The translations under genes and the position numbers were made by a program. Below, piece by piece: positions 35,621 to 43,966 of a stretch of DNA of 64,000 nt; position 1 is the first letter of the stretch, and each line of letters starts with the position of its first letter. The notes below the pieces were generated by a model. It did not search any database. It worked only from the letters and a program-made list of their open reading frames with translations, and was not told where the DNA came from. The stretch lies in the NCBI GenBank assembly GCA_024404495.1, contig JAKSPT010000005.1:6483-70482 (forward strand). The letters are read 5' to 3'. This DNA is from Lachnospiraceae bacterium (lineage in GTDB: Bacteria; Bacillota; Clostridia; Oscillospirales; CAG-272).

Positions 35621-37060
35621 ATGAAAAAAACGCCGGCAAGCGCCCTTTGTCTTCTTCTGATGATCCTTACCGTCGTTTCCTGCGCGAAACCCGCCGCGGG
35701 ACCGGAGGAAACGCTTCCCCCGGAAACGAAGCCGGAAGAGACCGAGAAGCTGATCACCTCCGATCTGCCCGATATGAAATTTGACGGCAGGACCTTCGAT
35801 ATCGCTCACTGGTACGTGAACGGCTGGACGATCCACGGTACCGATCTGTACGTTGAGGAGCAGACCGGCGATCCGATCGGCGACGCCGTCTACGCCCGCA
35901 ACGCCCGTATTGCCGAGCAGTACGACGTGGTATTTGAGTATGAAGAGCTCGATCACGCCGATTTCGTCGGCAAGATCCGCGTTGCCGCCACGACGAACGA
36001 CGACCCGTTCGACCTTCTCTGCATCCGTATGGCGGACACGACGAACATCATGATGGAGGGCAATCTGCTCGAATACGGCAATCTGACCTACGTCGATCTC
36101 GATAAGCCCTATTGGGATCAGAGCGTGAAGGAATGCTTCTCCTTCGGCGGAAACACCTTTATGATGACCTCCGACACGACGATCAACGATAAGAACGGCA
36201 CCTCCGGCGTGGCGTTCAACAAAGTCCTCGCGCGGGACCTCATGCTTCCCGATCTGTATAAGGAGGTACGGGACGGCACGTGGACGCAGGAGGAGCTGCT
36301 CCGACTGATCAGCGGATACGACGCCGACAAGAACGGCGACGGCGAGCTGAAAATCGAAGACGACGTTCTCGGCATGGTCGGACAGAGCGACGTCGTGATG
36401 TCCTTCTTCATGGGCGGCGGCGGACATTTCACCTCGAGAGACGCAGCGGACTACCCGGTGCTCGATTTCAATACCGAGGACAACATCGACGTTCTTTATC
36501 TGGTCTTCGACCTTATTGACGACGAACATTTCCTCGCGACCAGCAATATTGACGAGACCATCCTCGGCGGTCATTCGATTTTCAGCTGGATCCGCATCGA
36601 GAACGTCGTGCGTATGCGCGGCATGGAGGGCGACGACTTCGGCGTCCTTCCTACTCCGAAATACAACGAGTATCAGGAAGACTATCTCAGCCTCCTTTCC
36701 GTCCACGGCTCCACCGCGCAGGCGGCGCTCTACACCGAGACCGATCCCGAGTTCGTCAGCTTTATGATGGAAGCGCTCGCGGCGGGCTCTCACTACGGCG
36801 TTCAGAGCGCGTATTACGACGTCACGCTGAAGACCAAATCCGCGCGCGACGACGAATCGCAGGAAATGCTCGATATCATCTTCTCGCACCGCGTGCTCGA
36901 TATCGCCGATCTCTGCAACTTCGGTACTTTCACGGGTTACGTGATGGGAATGCCCTTCGGCAGCGATGACAGAAACATCGCTTCCGCTTACGCCAAGTAC
37001 GAGAGCAAGATGCAGGCGGATATCGACAAGTTCTGCGAAAAGCTCGACAAGATGCTCTGA
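35621..37060 (+). CDS. lipoprotein resembling large family-1 extracellular solute-binding proteins (no cognate permease genes adjacent)
   Basis: Lipobox LTVVSCAKP. The DLPDMKFDGRTFDIAHW start of the mature domain resembles oligosaccharide SBPs of Clostridia. Confidence 0.45.
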   Translation: MKKTPASALCLLLMILTVVSCAKPAAGPEETLPPETKPEETEKLITSDLPDMKFDGRTFDIAHWYVNGWTIHGTDLYVEEQTGDPIGDAVYARNARIAEQYDVVFEYEELDHADFVGKIRVAATTNDDPFDLLCIRMADTTNIMMEGNLLEYGNLTYVDLDKPYWDQSVKECFSFGGNTFMMTSDTTINDKNGTSGVAFNKVLARDLMLPDLYKEVRDGTWTQEELLRLISGYDADKNGDGELKIEDDVLGMVGQSDVVMSFFMGGGGHFTSRDAADYPVLDFNTEDNIDVLYLVFDLIDDEHFLATSNIDETILGGHSIFSWIRIENVVRMRGMEGDDFGVLPTPKYNEYQEDYLSLLSVHGSTAQAALYTETDPEFVSFMMEALAAGSHYGVQSAYYDVTLKTKSARDDESQEMLDIIFSHRVLDIADLCNFGTFTGYVMGMPFGSDDRNIASAYAKYESKMQADIDKFCEKLDKML

Positions 37061-37151
37061 TACAAATAAAAAGAACCACTTCTGCGGAGTGTTCCGAAAA
37101 ACAGCTTCAAAGCACAAACGCCACATAGATGGTGAGTTAGTGCGCACACTT

Positions 37152-37189
37152 AAAAAACCGACTGAAAAACGAATCAGTCGGTTTTTTGT
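37152..37189 (+). terminator. intrinsic terminator (A-tract/T-tract flanked, potentially bidirectional)
   Basis: aaaaaaccgactga-aaaacgaa-tcagtcggtttttt. Confidence 0.8.
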
Positions 37190-37209
37190 TCAGCAGGTTT
37201 CTATATTGG

Positions 37210-37416
37210 ATGATGTTTGTCCTTCGGACAAATGATGTTATGGCTTACGCCATAATGATGCTTTGCGGTTTCACCGCAAAATGATGTGATGTGTTCCACA
37301 AATGTGCCGTCGAGGCACACATCATTCGCTGTAGGCGAACATCATGTGCAAAGCACACATCATGTTCCACATAGGTGGAACACATCATTTGCCGAGTGTT
37401 CTAAAGAACACTCGGC
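37210..37416. repeat. mirror-symmetric array of eight short dissimilar hairpins punctuated by ATGATG(T) (left half) and (A)CATCAT (right half)
   Basis: ATGATG at 37210, 37232, 37255, 37281. CATCAT at 37320, 37340, 37358, 37383. Hairpins: tttgtcc/ggacaaa, ttatggc/gccataa, tttgcgg/ccgcaaa, tgtgcc/ggcaca, ttcgc/gcgaa, tgtgc/gcaca, gttccac/gtggaac, gccgagtgttc/gaacactcggc. Confidence 0.7.
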
Positions 37417-37440
37417 ATCGGCGGTTCTTTTTTATTATGA

Positions 37441-37974
37441 TCATTTGCAGAAATTTTCAACGTAGCGGTCGATGGCTTCCTTGACGATGCGGACGGCCTC
37501 GTCTCTGCCGCTGATCTCGTTGACGGCGGTCTCCTTGTTTTCGAGGTTCTTGTAGACCGAGAAGAAGTGCCTCATTTCCTCAAAGACGTGGAAGGGAAGC
37601 TGGCTGATATCGGTGTACTGGTTGTAGGTCGGGTCTCCGGCGGGAATGGCGATGATCTTCTCGTCGTTTCTGCCGTTGTCGATCATCGAGATCATCCCGA
37701 TCGGGTAGGCGCGGACGAGTGCGAGGGGTTCGAGGTCCTCGGAGCAGAGAATCAGCACGTCGAGCGGGTCGCCGTCGTCACCGTAGGTGCGCGGGATGAA
37801 GCCGTAGTTTGCCGGATAGTGGGTGGAGGTATAAAGGATACGGTCAAGGATGATAAAACCGGTCTCTTTGTCCAGTTCGTATTTCTTCTTGCTGCCTTTG
37901 GAAATCTCGACGACCGCGACGAAATCTTCGGGCGTGATGCGCTTCGGGGAAATATCGTGCCAGATGTTGGACAT
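37441..37974 (-). CDS. ppa: inorganic pyrophosphatase, family I
   Basis: 177 aa. [41 protein letters not shown] are family I PPase motifs. Confidence 0.92.
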   Translation of the reverse strand: MSNIWHDISPKRITPEDFVAVVEISKGSKKKYELDKETGFIILDRILYTSTHYPANYGFIPRTYGDDGDPLDVLILCSEDLEPLALVRAYPIGMISMIDNGRNDEKIIAIPAGDPTYNQYTDISQLPFHVFEEMRHFFSVYKNLENKETAVNEISGRDEAVRIVKEAIDRYVENFCK

Positions 37975-38107
37975 TTTCGTGTCCTCCTGTATTTTTCGGT
38001 GTCCTTATCATACAATACCGTTATGAACCCGAAAAAGCCGCTTTATGAAATAATTGTAAACAGAAGCAGACGCTTTGACCGGGGAAAGCAAAAAAGGAGC
38101 AGAAAAA

Positions 38108-38329
38108 ATGAAGAAGCAGAAAAAGAAAGAGCAGGCGCCGGCGAATCCCGCCCGCTTTCCGGACTCGATGGAGGGCGTGGAAGAAGACGCCTTCCTCGCG
38201 GAAAACGCCCTCCCCGACCGGACCTCGCATATCCCCGCGATGTCGCCCGAATGGACGAAGCCCACGAACCTCGACGATACCCCCAAGCCGCCCTACTACC
38301 CGGAGGACTATCCGGAGCTGTATCGGTGA
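38108..38329 (+). CDS. small Lys/Pro-rich hypothetical protein
   Basis: AAGGAG RBS before MKKQKKKEQAP. 73 aa. No recognisable domain. Confidence 0.3.
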   Translation: MKKQKKKEQAPANPARFPDSMEGVEEDAFLAENALPDRTSHIPAMSPEWTKPTNLDDTPKPPYYPEDYPELYR

Positions 38330-38858
38330 ATTATTCGGCTCTTTTTCTTTGGAGAAAAAGAGCCTTGCAGAAAAAGAACACCGCAGGGGGAGGAAGAGAC
38401 GCCTCAATCGCATTTTTGAAAAAATGCGTTCTCGGCATCATTCTCCCTCCCCCTACGGCGACCCCCTCTCTCTTTTTGCGTTCGCGATCCGGTACCGTTC
38501 GGTGCGGTAACTATCGTTCTCCATAAGAAAGCGGGGGTTAGTCCGGTAAGCGAACGGAAGAGAAAGATAGCAAGAGGGCAAGCCGTTCCCCCGCGCCGGA
38601 AGTTGCGGAGCAACTTCGGCACTTGCCGCTTGCGGCAACGTGCGGATTCCAAAGGGAGGGCGCGGTTAGATGCTTTTTCCGAAAACTTGTTTTTGGAAAA
38701 AGTATCGTCAGCGCCGCCCTTTGGGGTTTTCTTTCTCGCAAGCCTCTTTCTTTCTCAAAAGAAAGAGGCAATTTCCGTTTTGCGAATGAATAAAAGTGTC
38801 TGTTTTATGAAAAAATCCACAAAATCAAAAAACGTGCGGGCGGTTTTTTGCACAATGA

Positions 38859-38887
38859 TTGACAAAACGCGCCGGATATGGTACAAT
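38859..38887 (+). promoter_or_regulatory. sigma-A promoter of the second GH38 gene
   Basis: TTGACA 38859-38864, 17-nt spacer, TACAAT 38882-38887. Confidence 0.6.
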
Positions 38888-38951
38888 GCAGAAAAGCCGG
38901 TAAGCCGGACTCTCTGAAAAGGAGCGGCGCACAGACGCGCCCAAAAATGCC

Positions 38952-41627
38952 ATGAGTGAAAAGAAGAGATACTGTATCATCTCGCACACCCACTGGGACC
39001 GTGAATGGTACATTCCGCTGGAGAACTTCAGAATGCGGCTCGTCGATCTGATCGACAATCTGCTCGACATTCTCGAAAAGGACGAGGGCTACCGTTTCCA
39101 CCTCGACGCGCAGACCATCGTGCTCGAGGACTATCTGGAAATCAGACCTCACAGAAAAGAAATCCTTGAAAAATACATTCAGGAGGGCAGGATCCTCGTC
39201 GGTCCGTGGTACGTCCAGAACGACTTCCATCTGACCTCCGGTGAGGCGACCGTCCGCAATCTGATGATCGGTACCGGCATCGCCAACCGCTTCGGCAAAT
39301 GTATGCCGGTCGGCTACGCGGCAGACCAGTTCGGTCTGATCCCGCAGCTTCCGCAGATCCTTTCCCGCTTCGGGCTTGACTGCTGCATCTTCGGACGCGG
39401 CTTCGACCGCAACGATACCCAGTTCTACTGGCAGTCGGAGGACGGCTCGAAGGTCCTCTGCGAGCACATGAAATTCTGGTACAACAACGCGCAGCGCTTC
39501 TCCGCCGATCCGAACGGCGCGCTTGCGCTCGCGAGAGGCAGAGGCGAGCTCTGCGCCCGCTTCGCAAAGACCACGAACTACCTGCTGATGAACGGCGTTG
39601 ACCACCTCGAAGCCCAGGAGGACCTGACCGAGATCATCGAAAAGGTCCGTCCGATGCTGAACGACGACGAGGAGATCTTCCAGGATACGATGCCCGAGTA
39701 TATTCAGCGCCTCCGCGACGACGTGGCGAAGAACGGCATCGAGCTGAACACCTACACCGGTGAGTTCCGCGACCGCGGTGCCGATAACTGCCTGACCGGC
39801 ACGCTTTCCAGCCGTATCTATCTGAAGACCGCGAACGCGACCTGCCAGAGCACGCTCGAAAGAAAGTTCGAGCCTCTGGGTGCGCTGAACGATATGACCG
39901 GCGTCAAAAAGTTCCCGCTCGACTACGACCGCTATATGTGGAAGGTCCTGATCCAGAACCACCCGCACGACAGTATCTGCGGCTGCTCTGTCGACCCGGT
40001 CCACCGCCACATGGTCGACCGCTTCGAGCGCGTGATGGAAAACGCGAACGATCTGATCGAGCGCGGCACCAAGGCGCTGATGGAGCACCTCGACCGCACC
40101 GGTCTTGACGACAAGAACAACTACTTCATCACCGTTCTCAACTCGGTGCAGAACACCGAAAAGGGCGTCGTCCGCGCGATCGTTGAGATCCCGGTCGAGG
40201 AGGATATCGGCAGCTTCACGATCAGGGACGCGAAGGGAAAGAACATCCCGTTCATCGTCACGATGATCCAGAAGAACTGGAGCAAGGCGATCCTTTCTCC
40301 GATCAATCTGCCCGGCGGACGCCGCGTCAACCGCTACACGATCAAGCTGATTCCGGGCGCGGTCGCCGGAACCTCCTACAAGACCCTGATCGTCACCCTC
40401 GCCGAGGGCGAACTGAAGGTCGAGGAGAACCGTAAGAAGCTCGCTTCCAAGCTCGAAAACGAGAATCTCCGCGTCGATATCGCAAAGAACGGTACGGTCA
40501 CCCTGACCGACAAGAAGTCCGGCGCGTCTTATCCCGGTCTGCTCCTGCTCGAGGACAACGAAGAGAGAGGCGACGAATACAACTTCCGTGAAAACGACGG
40601 CACACCGATCATCACCTCCGAAAACGTCCGCGCGAAGGTCTCGGTCGTGGAGGATAACTGCTTCACGCAGTCCCGCAAGATCGAATACAATTTCAAGATC
40701 GAGCGCGAGATCGGCTCCGGTACCCTTCCGGTCGAGCTGATCCTCACCCTTGACCGCGGCTCGAAGCAGCTCGACGTGCAGATGCGGTTTACCAACTACG
40801 CAAAGAACCACCGTCTGCGCCTGCACTTCCCGACCGGTCTGAAAAACGACGTCAACTTCTCCGGTCAGCCCTTCGACTGCATCGAGAGAAACAAGGTCAG
40901 TATCTTCAATAACGATAAGCGCCATCCGAACACCGATTACGTCGGCATCGAGGACGGCAAGCGCGGTCTCGCCGTCTTCCAGAACGGTCTGTACGAGTAC
41001 GAACAGCTCACCGACGAGAAGAACACGCTCGCTCTGACCGTGCTCCGCGTCAATCAGATCGTTTCCGGCGGCTACGAGGGTCTCGAAACGATGGATCAGC
41101 GCTGGGTCGCGCCCGAAAATCAGTGCATCGGAAGAGAGATCGTACATCATCTCGCGATCTATCCGTTTGAAGGCGACCGTGAGACCGCGAAGGTCGCGGC
41201 ACTCGCGCAGTCCTTCATGCAGCCGCTCTACACCGCCGTTCAGCCGATCGACCGCAACAAGTTCATCGGCGGACGTCCCTTCGTGCAGGGCCCCGGTATG
41301 CCGGATATCTTCTACCGTCCGCTTGAGAACGCCGACGTCGTGCTCCCGCTCGACAAGACCTTCTTAAAGACCGAGCAGTCGATCGACGGCGCGATGATCC
41401 TTTCCGCCCTCAAGGGCGGTGACGACGGCGAGGGCATCGTCGTCCGTTGGTACAATCACACCTCGAAGCCGGTGGACTTCACCGCGACGATCGGCGAGCG
41501 CTTCAAAAAAGCCTACGCCGTGACCCTCGGTGAGAAGGAACTGAACGAGCTGACGCTGAAGGCGGGGAAGACCGTTTCCCTCCACGCCGGTCCGAAGGAG
41601 ATCGTGACCGTCAAGTTCGTCAAATGA
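38952..41627 (+). CDS. GH38 alpha-mannosidase (MngB-like), cytoplasmic
   Basis: YCIISHTHWDREWY, VGPWYVQNDFHLTSGE, GYAADQFG, HPHDSICGCS. 891 aa. Confidence 0.9.
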   Translation: MSEKKRYCIISHTHWDREWYIPLENFRMRLVDLIDNLLDILEKDEGYRFHLDAQTIVLEDYLEIRPHRKEILEKYIQEGRILVGPWYVQNDFHLTSGEATVRNLMIGTGIANRFGKCMPVGYAADQFGLIPQLPQILSRFGLDCCIFGRGFDRNDTQFYWQSEDGSKVLCEHMKFWYNNAQRFSADPNGALALARGRGELCARFAKTTNYLLMNGVDHLEAQEDLTEIIEKVRPMLNDDEEIFQDTMPEYIQRLRDDVAKNGIELNTYTGEFRDRGADNCLTGTLSSRIYLKTANATCQSTLERKFEPLGALNDMTGVKKFPLDYDRYMWKVLIQNHPHDSICGCSVDPVHRHMVDRFERVMENANDLIERGTKALMEHLDRTGLDDKNNYFITVLNSVQNTEKGVVRAIVEIPVEEDIGSFTIRDAKGKNIPFIVTMIQKNWSKAILSPINLPGGRRVNRYTIKLIPGAVAGTSYKTLIVTLAEGELKVEENRKKLASKLENENLRVDIAKNGTVTLTDKKSGASYPGLLLLEDNEERGDEYNFRENDGTPIITSENVRAKVSVVEDNCFTQSRKIEYNFKIEREIGSGTLPVELILTLDRGSKQLDVQMRFTNYAKNHRLRLHFPTGLKNDVNFSGQPFDCIERNKVSIFNNDKRHPNTDYVGIEDGKRGLAVFQNGLYEYEQLTDEKNTLALTVLRVNQIVSGGYEGLETMDQRWVAPENQCIGREIVHHLAIYPFEGDRETAKVAALAQSFMQPLYTAVQPIDRNKFIGGRPFVQGPGMPDIFYRPLENADVVLPLDKTFLKTEQSIDGAMILSALKGGDDGEGIVVRWYNHTSKPVDFTATIGERFKKAYAVTLGEKELNELTLKAGKTVSLHAGPKEIVTVKFVK

Positions 41628-41644
41628 TCCGATAACGGGATTAT

Positions 41645-41686
41645 GGGGCGCGGAAAGACCCGGGAGAGGGCTTCCGCGCCCTTTTG
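41645..41686 (+). terminator. intrinsic terminator
   Basis: gggcgcggaa...ttccgcgccc 10-bp stem followed by tttt. Confidence 0.7.
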
Positions 41687-41823
41687 CGCGCCCGTGATCA
41701 ATATTGCGGGAGACGATACCGTTTTTACCCGTCCCCGAAGGTATTACGGAGGAAAGAAGACGGAACCGGAAAACCGTAGAGCCGGCGAAAAACGAAACGC
41801 AGGCATACTTTTCCTGAAAGCGA

Positions 41824-41862
41824 AAGAAAAAACAGCGGACGGTCTTCCGATCGTCCGCTGCT
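41824..41862 (-). terminator. intrinsic terminator (minus strand)
   Basis: cagcggacg-gtcttccgat-cgtccgctg. On the minus strand it is followed by ttttttctttcg. Confidence 0.7.
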
Positions 41863-41887
41863 TTCATTATGCGGGCTTCTGTTTCGC

Positions 41888-42298
41888 TTAATATTTGTCG
41901 ATCATGCTTTGGATTTCTTCCTCGGTGTATTCCTTCATAACGCCGTTCTTTTTCGCGGTCAGAAAGCGCTGATAGGAATCCGGAAAATACTGCATACATT
42001 CTTCCGGCTTTTTGACGGAATAAAAGATTTCCAAATCATCATTCCTGAAAATATACAAAAGTTCATATTGATTATCATTTGAATCTTTCGTATAGTGTAC
42101 CGTATAATAATAGCAGCCGCCGTAATAACAGCAAATCAATTCGGAAATATGAATACTGTCAAGCTTGCCGTCCCGGTCTAATTTGCTCAGAAAAATCCGA
42201 TCATACTTTTCGTACTCCGGCTCGTTTTTTGCAGAGCATGAAGAACAAAACGGCAGAAGAGAACAAATCAAAAGGGCGAAACAAACGATTTGTTTCAT
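41888..42298 (-). CDS. small lipoprotein, unknown function, in a low-GC islet
   Basis: Start at MKQIVCFALLICSLLPFCSSCSAKN (lipobox). A/T-rich codons contrast with the neighbours. Confidence 0.45.
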   Translation of the reverse strand: MKQIVCFALLICSLLPFCSSCSAKNEPEYEKYDRIFLSKLDRDGKLDSIHISELICCYYGGCYYYTVHYTKDSNDNQYELLYIFRNDDLEIFYSVKKPEECMQYFPDSYQRFLTAKKNGVMKEYTEEEIQSMIDKY

Positions 42299-42424
42299 CC
42301 GTACATGACCGTACGCCTTTATCAAGAGCAGCACCTTCTTCGACAGTATTATCGACGCTTTTGCAGACAGCGTCAGAAAAACAAGCCCATCCGACGGAAA
42401 ACCGATCGTATGGGCGAACTTTAA

Positions 42425-42724
42425 TTATTTATTGAGCTTGTCGAGCCAGACGGCGCCGATGTCGAGCGCGTCGGCAAGACCGTTTGCCTGGAACTGCTTG
42501 ACCATACGCTCACTGTTGGGCTTGGTGGGGTCGGTCGAGAGGATCTGACCGATGATCGCGTCCGGAACCTCCTCCTTGCCGACCTTTTTCACGGTCAGCG
42601 CAATCAGATAAAGGATGTGCTTCTCGTCGTTGCTGCCGTAAACGTATCTGTTATTATCGCGGACAAGCGGGCGGTCACGGTAGACGACGTACTCGCCTTC
42701 CAGCCCTTTCGCGGTGAATTCCAT
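42425..42724 (-). CDS. hypothetical cytoplasmic protein (99 aa)
   Basis: Start moved to MEFTAKGLEG because AAAGGAGA lies 9 nt upstream. No family recognised. Confidence 0.4.
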   Translation of the reverse strand: MEFTAKGLEGEYVVYRDRPLVRDNNRYVYGSNDEKHILYLIALTVKKVGKEEVPDAIIGQILSTDPTKPNSERMVKQFQANGLADALDIGAVWLDKLNK

Positions 42725-42829
42725 ATCGGTTGGTCTCCTTTCGGTGGTAAAACTGTTATTTTTCTTCATTGTATCACGCTTTTTTCACCGATTCAAGCGT
42801 GATTTTGTGAACAACGGGCACAAAACCCG

Positions 42830-43966
42830 TCAGCCTTCGGCAAGCCACGCTTCAAAGGCGCTCCAGATCAGGTCGGCGTCTATGACGTGCAGAGGCGGCT
42901 GATTGGAGCCCGTCCCGGCGGTGAGGGTGATAAGAAGGTACTCCCTCCCGTCGATTTTTGCGACCGACGCGAGGCAGAGACCCGCTTCCGGCGTATAGCC
43001 CGTCTTGCCGCCGACGTAGCGATCGGTGGAATAGCCGAGCGCCTCCAGACCGCGGAGCATCGTGCTTTCGCAGGAGAGCCCCCACGGGTGCTCGGGCGTT
43101 GCAGAGGTGCGGTAGGTCTTCAGCTCGAAAACGGCGCGGAAGGCTTCGTTTTTCAGCGCCTCTTTTACGAGCAGGGCAAGGTCGGAGCAGGAGGAAACGT
43201 GGGCGTCGCGGTGGAGCCCGGTGCAGGTCACGAAATGGGTGTGTTTCATCCCGATCTCGGCGGCGCGGGCGTTCATCAGATCGGCGAACGCCTCCTCCGA
43301 ACCGGAAATGAGTTCGGCGAGCGCGACGGCGGCGTCGGCGCCCGAGGGAAGAAGCGCGGCGGCTTCGAGATCGCGGACGGTGATTTTTTCACCCGCCTCG
43401 AATCCGGCGCGCGCGGCGTTTCTCGAAATGAGGTCGAGGATGGTCTCGGCGGAGATCGAGGTCGTCATATCCGGATCGGGCAGACGCTCGACGGCGAGAA
43501 GGACGGTCATGATCTTGGTGATCGACGCGGGATAAACGACGGCGTCGGGGTCCTTTTCGGCGATCACTTCCCACGTTTCAAGGTCGATCAGCAGCGCGTG
43601 ACGGCTCGCCATTTCTTCGGGGAAGGCAAAATCCCCGCGCGGGGGCTTGGTTTCGGCGGGTTCGGTGACCGGCTCGGTCGCGGGGGGAGCGGTGTCCTCC
43701 GGCGCGGTGTCGGGCGGGGAGGTCTCTCCTTCGGTCCCGGCGGCGGGATCTGTCCCGGAGTCGCGGGCGTCCGTGATCTCCGGCGCTTCGGTCCTTTCCG
43801 GTTCGGCTTCGGTGGCGTACGGTCTTTCCTTTTCGCAGCTCTTCATCAGCGCCGCTGCGGCAAGGATCAGCGCGAGCAGGATCAGCAGCCCTGCGAGGAG
43901 GACGGCAAGCTTTCTTCGCTTTACGATCGCCGCCTTGCGGCTTTTCCGGGGGAAACGGTCACTCAT
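42830..43966 (-). CDS. D-alanyl-D-alanine carboxypeptidase (peptidase S11, low-molecular-weight PBP), membrane-anchored
   Basis: SxxK motif PASITK and a KTG motif (GGKTGYT). N-terminal TM LAVLLAGLLILLALILAAAAL. Start taken at MSDRFPRK (GGAGAAGG RBS); an upstream Met at 43987 is possible. Confidence 0.8.
   Translation of the reverse strand: MSDRFPRKSRKAAIVKRRKLAVLLAGLLILLALILAAAALMKSCEKERPYATEAEPERTEAPEITDARDSGTDPAAGTEGETSPPDTAPEDTAPPATEPVTEPAETKPPRGDFAFPEEMASRHALLIDLETWEVIAEKDPDAVVYPASITKIMTVLLAVERLPDPDMTTSISAETILDLISRNAARAGFEAGEKITVRDLEAAALLPSGADAAVALAELISGSEEAFADLMNARAAEIGMKHTHFVTCTGLHRDAHVSSCSDLALLVKEALKNEAFRAVFELKTYRTSATPEHPWGLSCESTMLRGLEALGYSTDRYVGGKTGYTPEAGLCLASVAKIDGREYLLITLTAGTGSNQPPLHVIDADLIWSAFEAWLAEG

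Noticed and set aside
37210-37416. The hairpin array considered as a CRISPR array, or as a small ORF (24-aa MMFVLRTNDVMAYAIMMLCGFTAK from 37210).
   Set aside because: The repeated unit is only 6-7 nt, with hairpin 'spacers' of 15-19 nt and no cas genes. The ATGATG motifs fall in different reading frames (offsets 22, 45, 71 nt) and there is no RBS, so it is not coding.
42769-42830. The hairpin atcacgctt-N13-aagcgtgat considered as terminator of the carboxypeptidase gene.
   Set aside because: Its T-tract is on the + strand, whereas both adjacent genes are on the minus strand. Orientation does not fit, so it is left uncalled.
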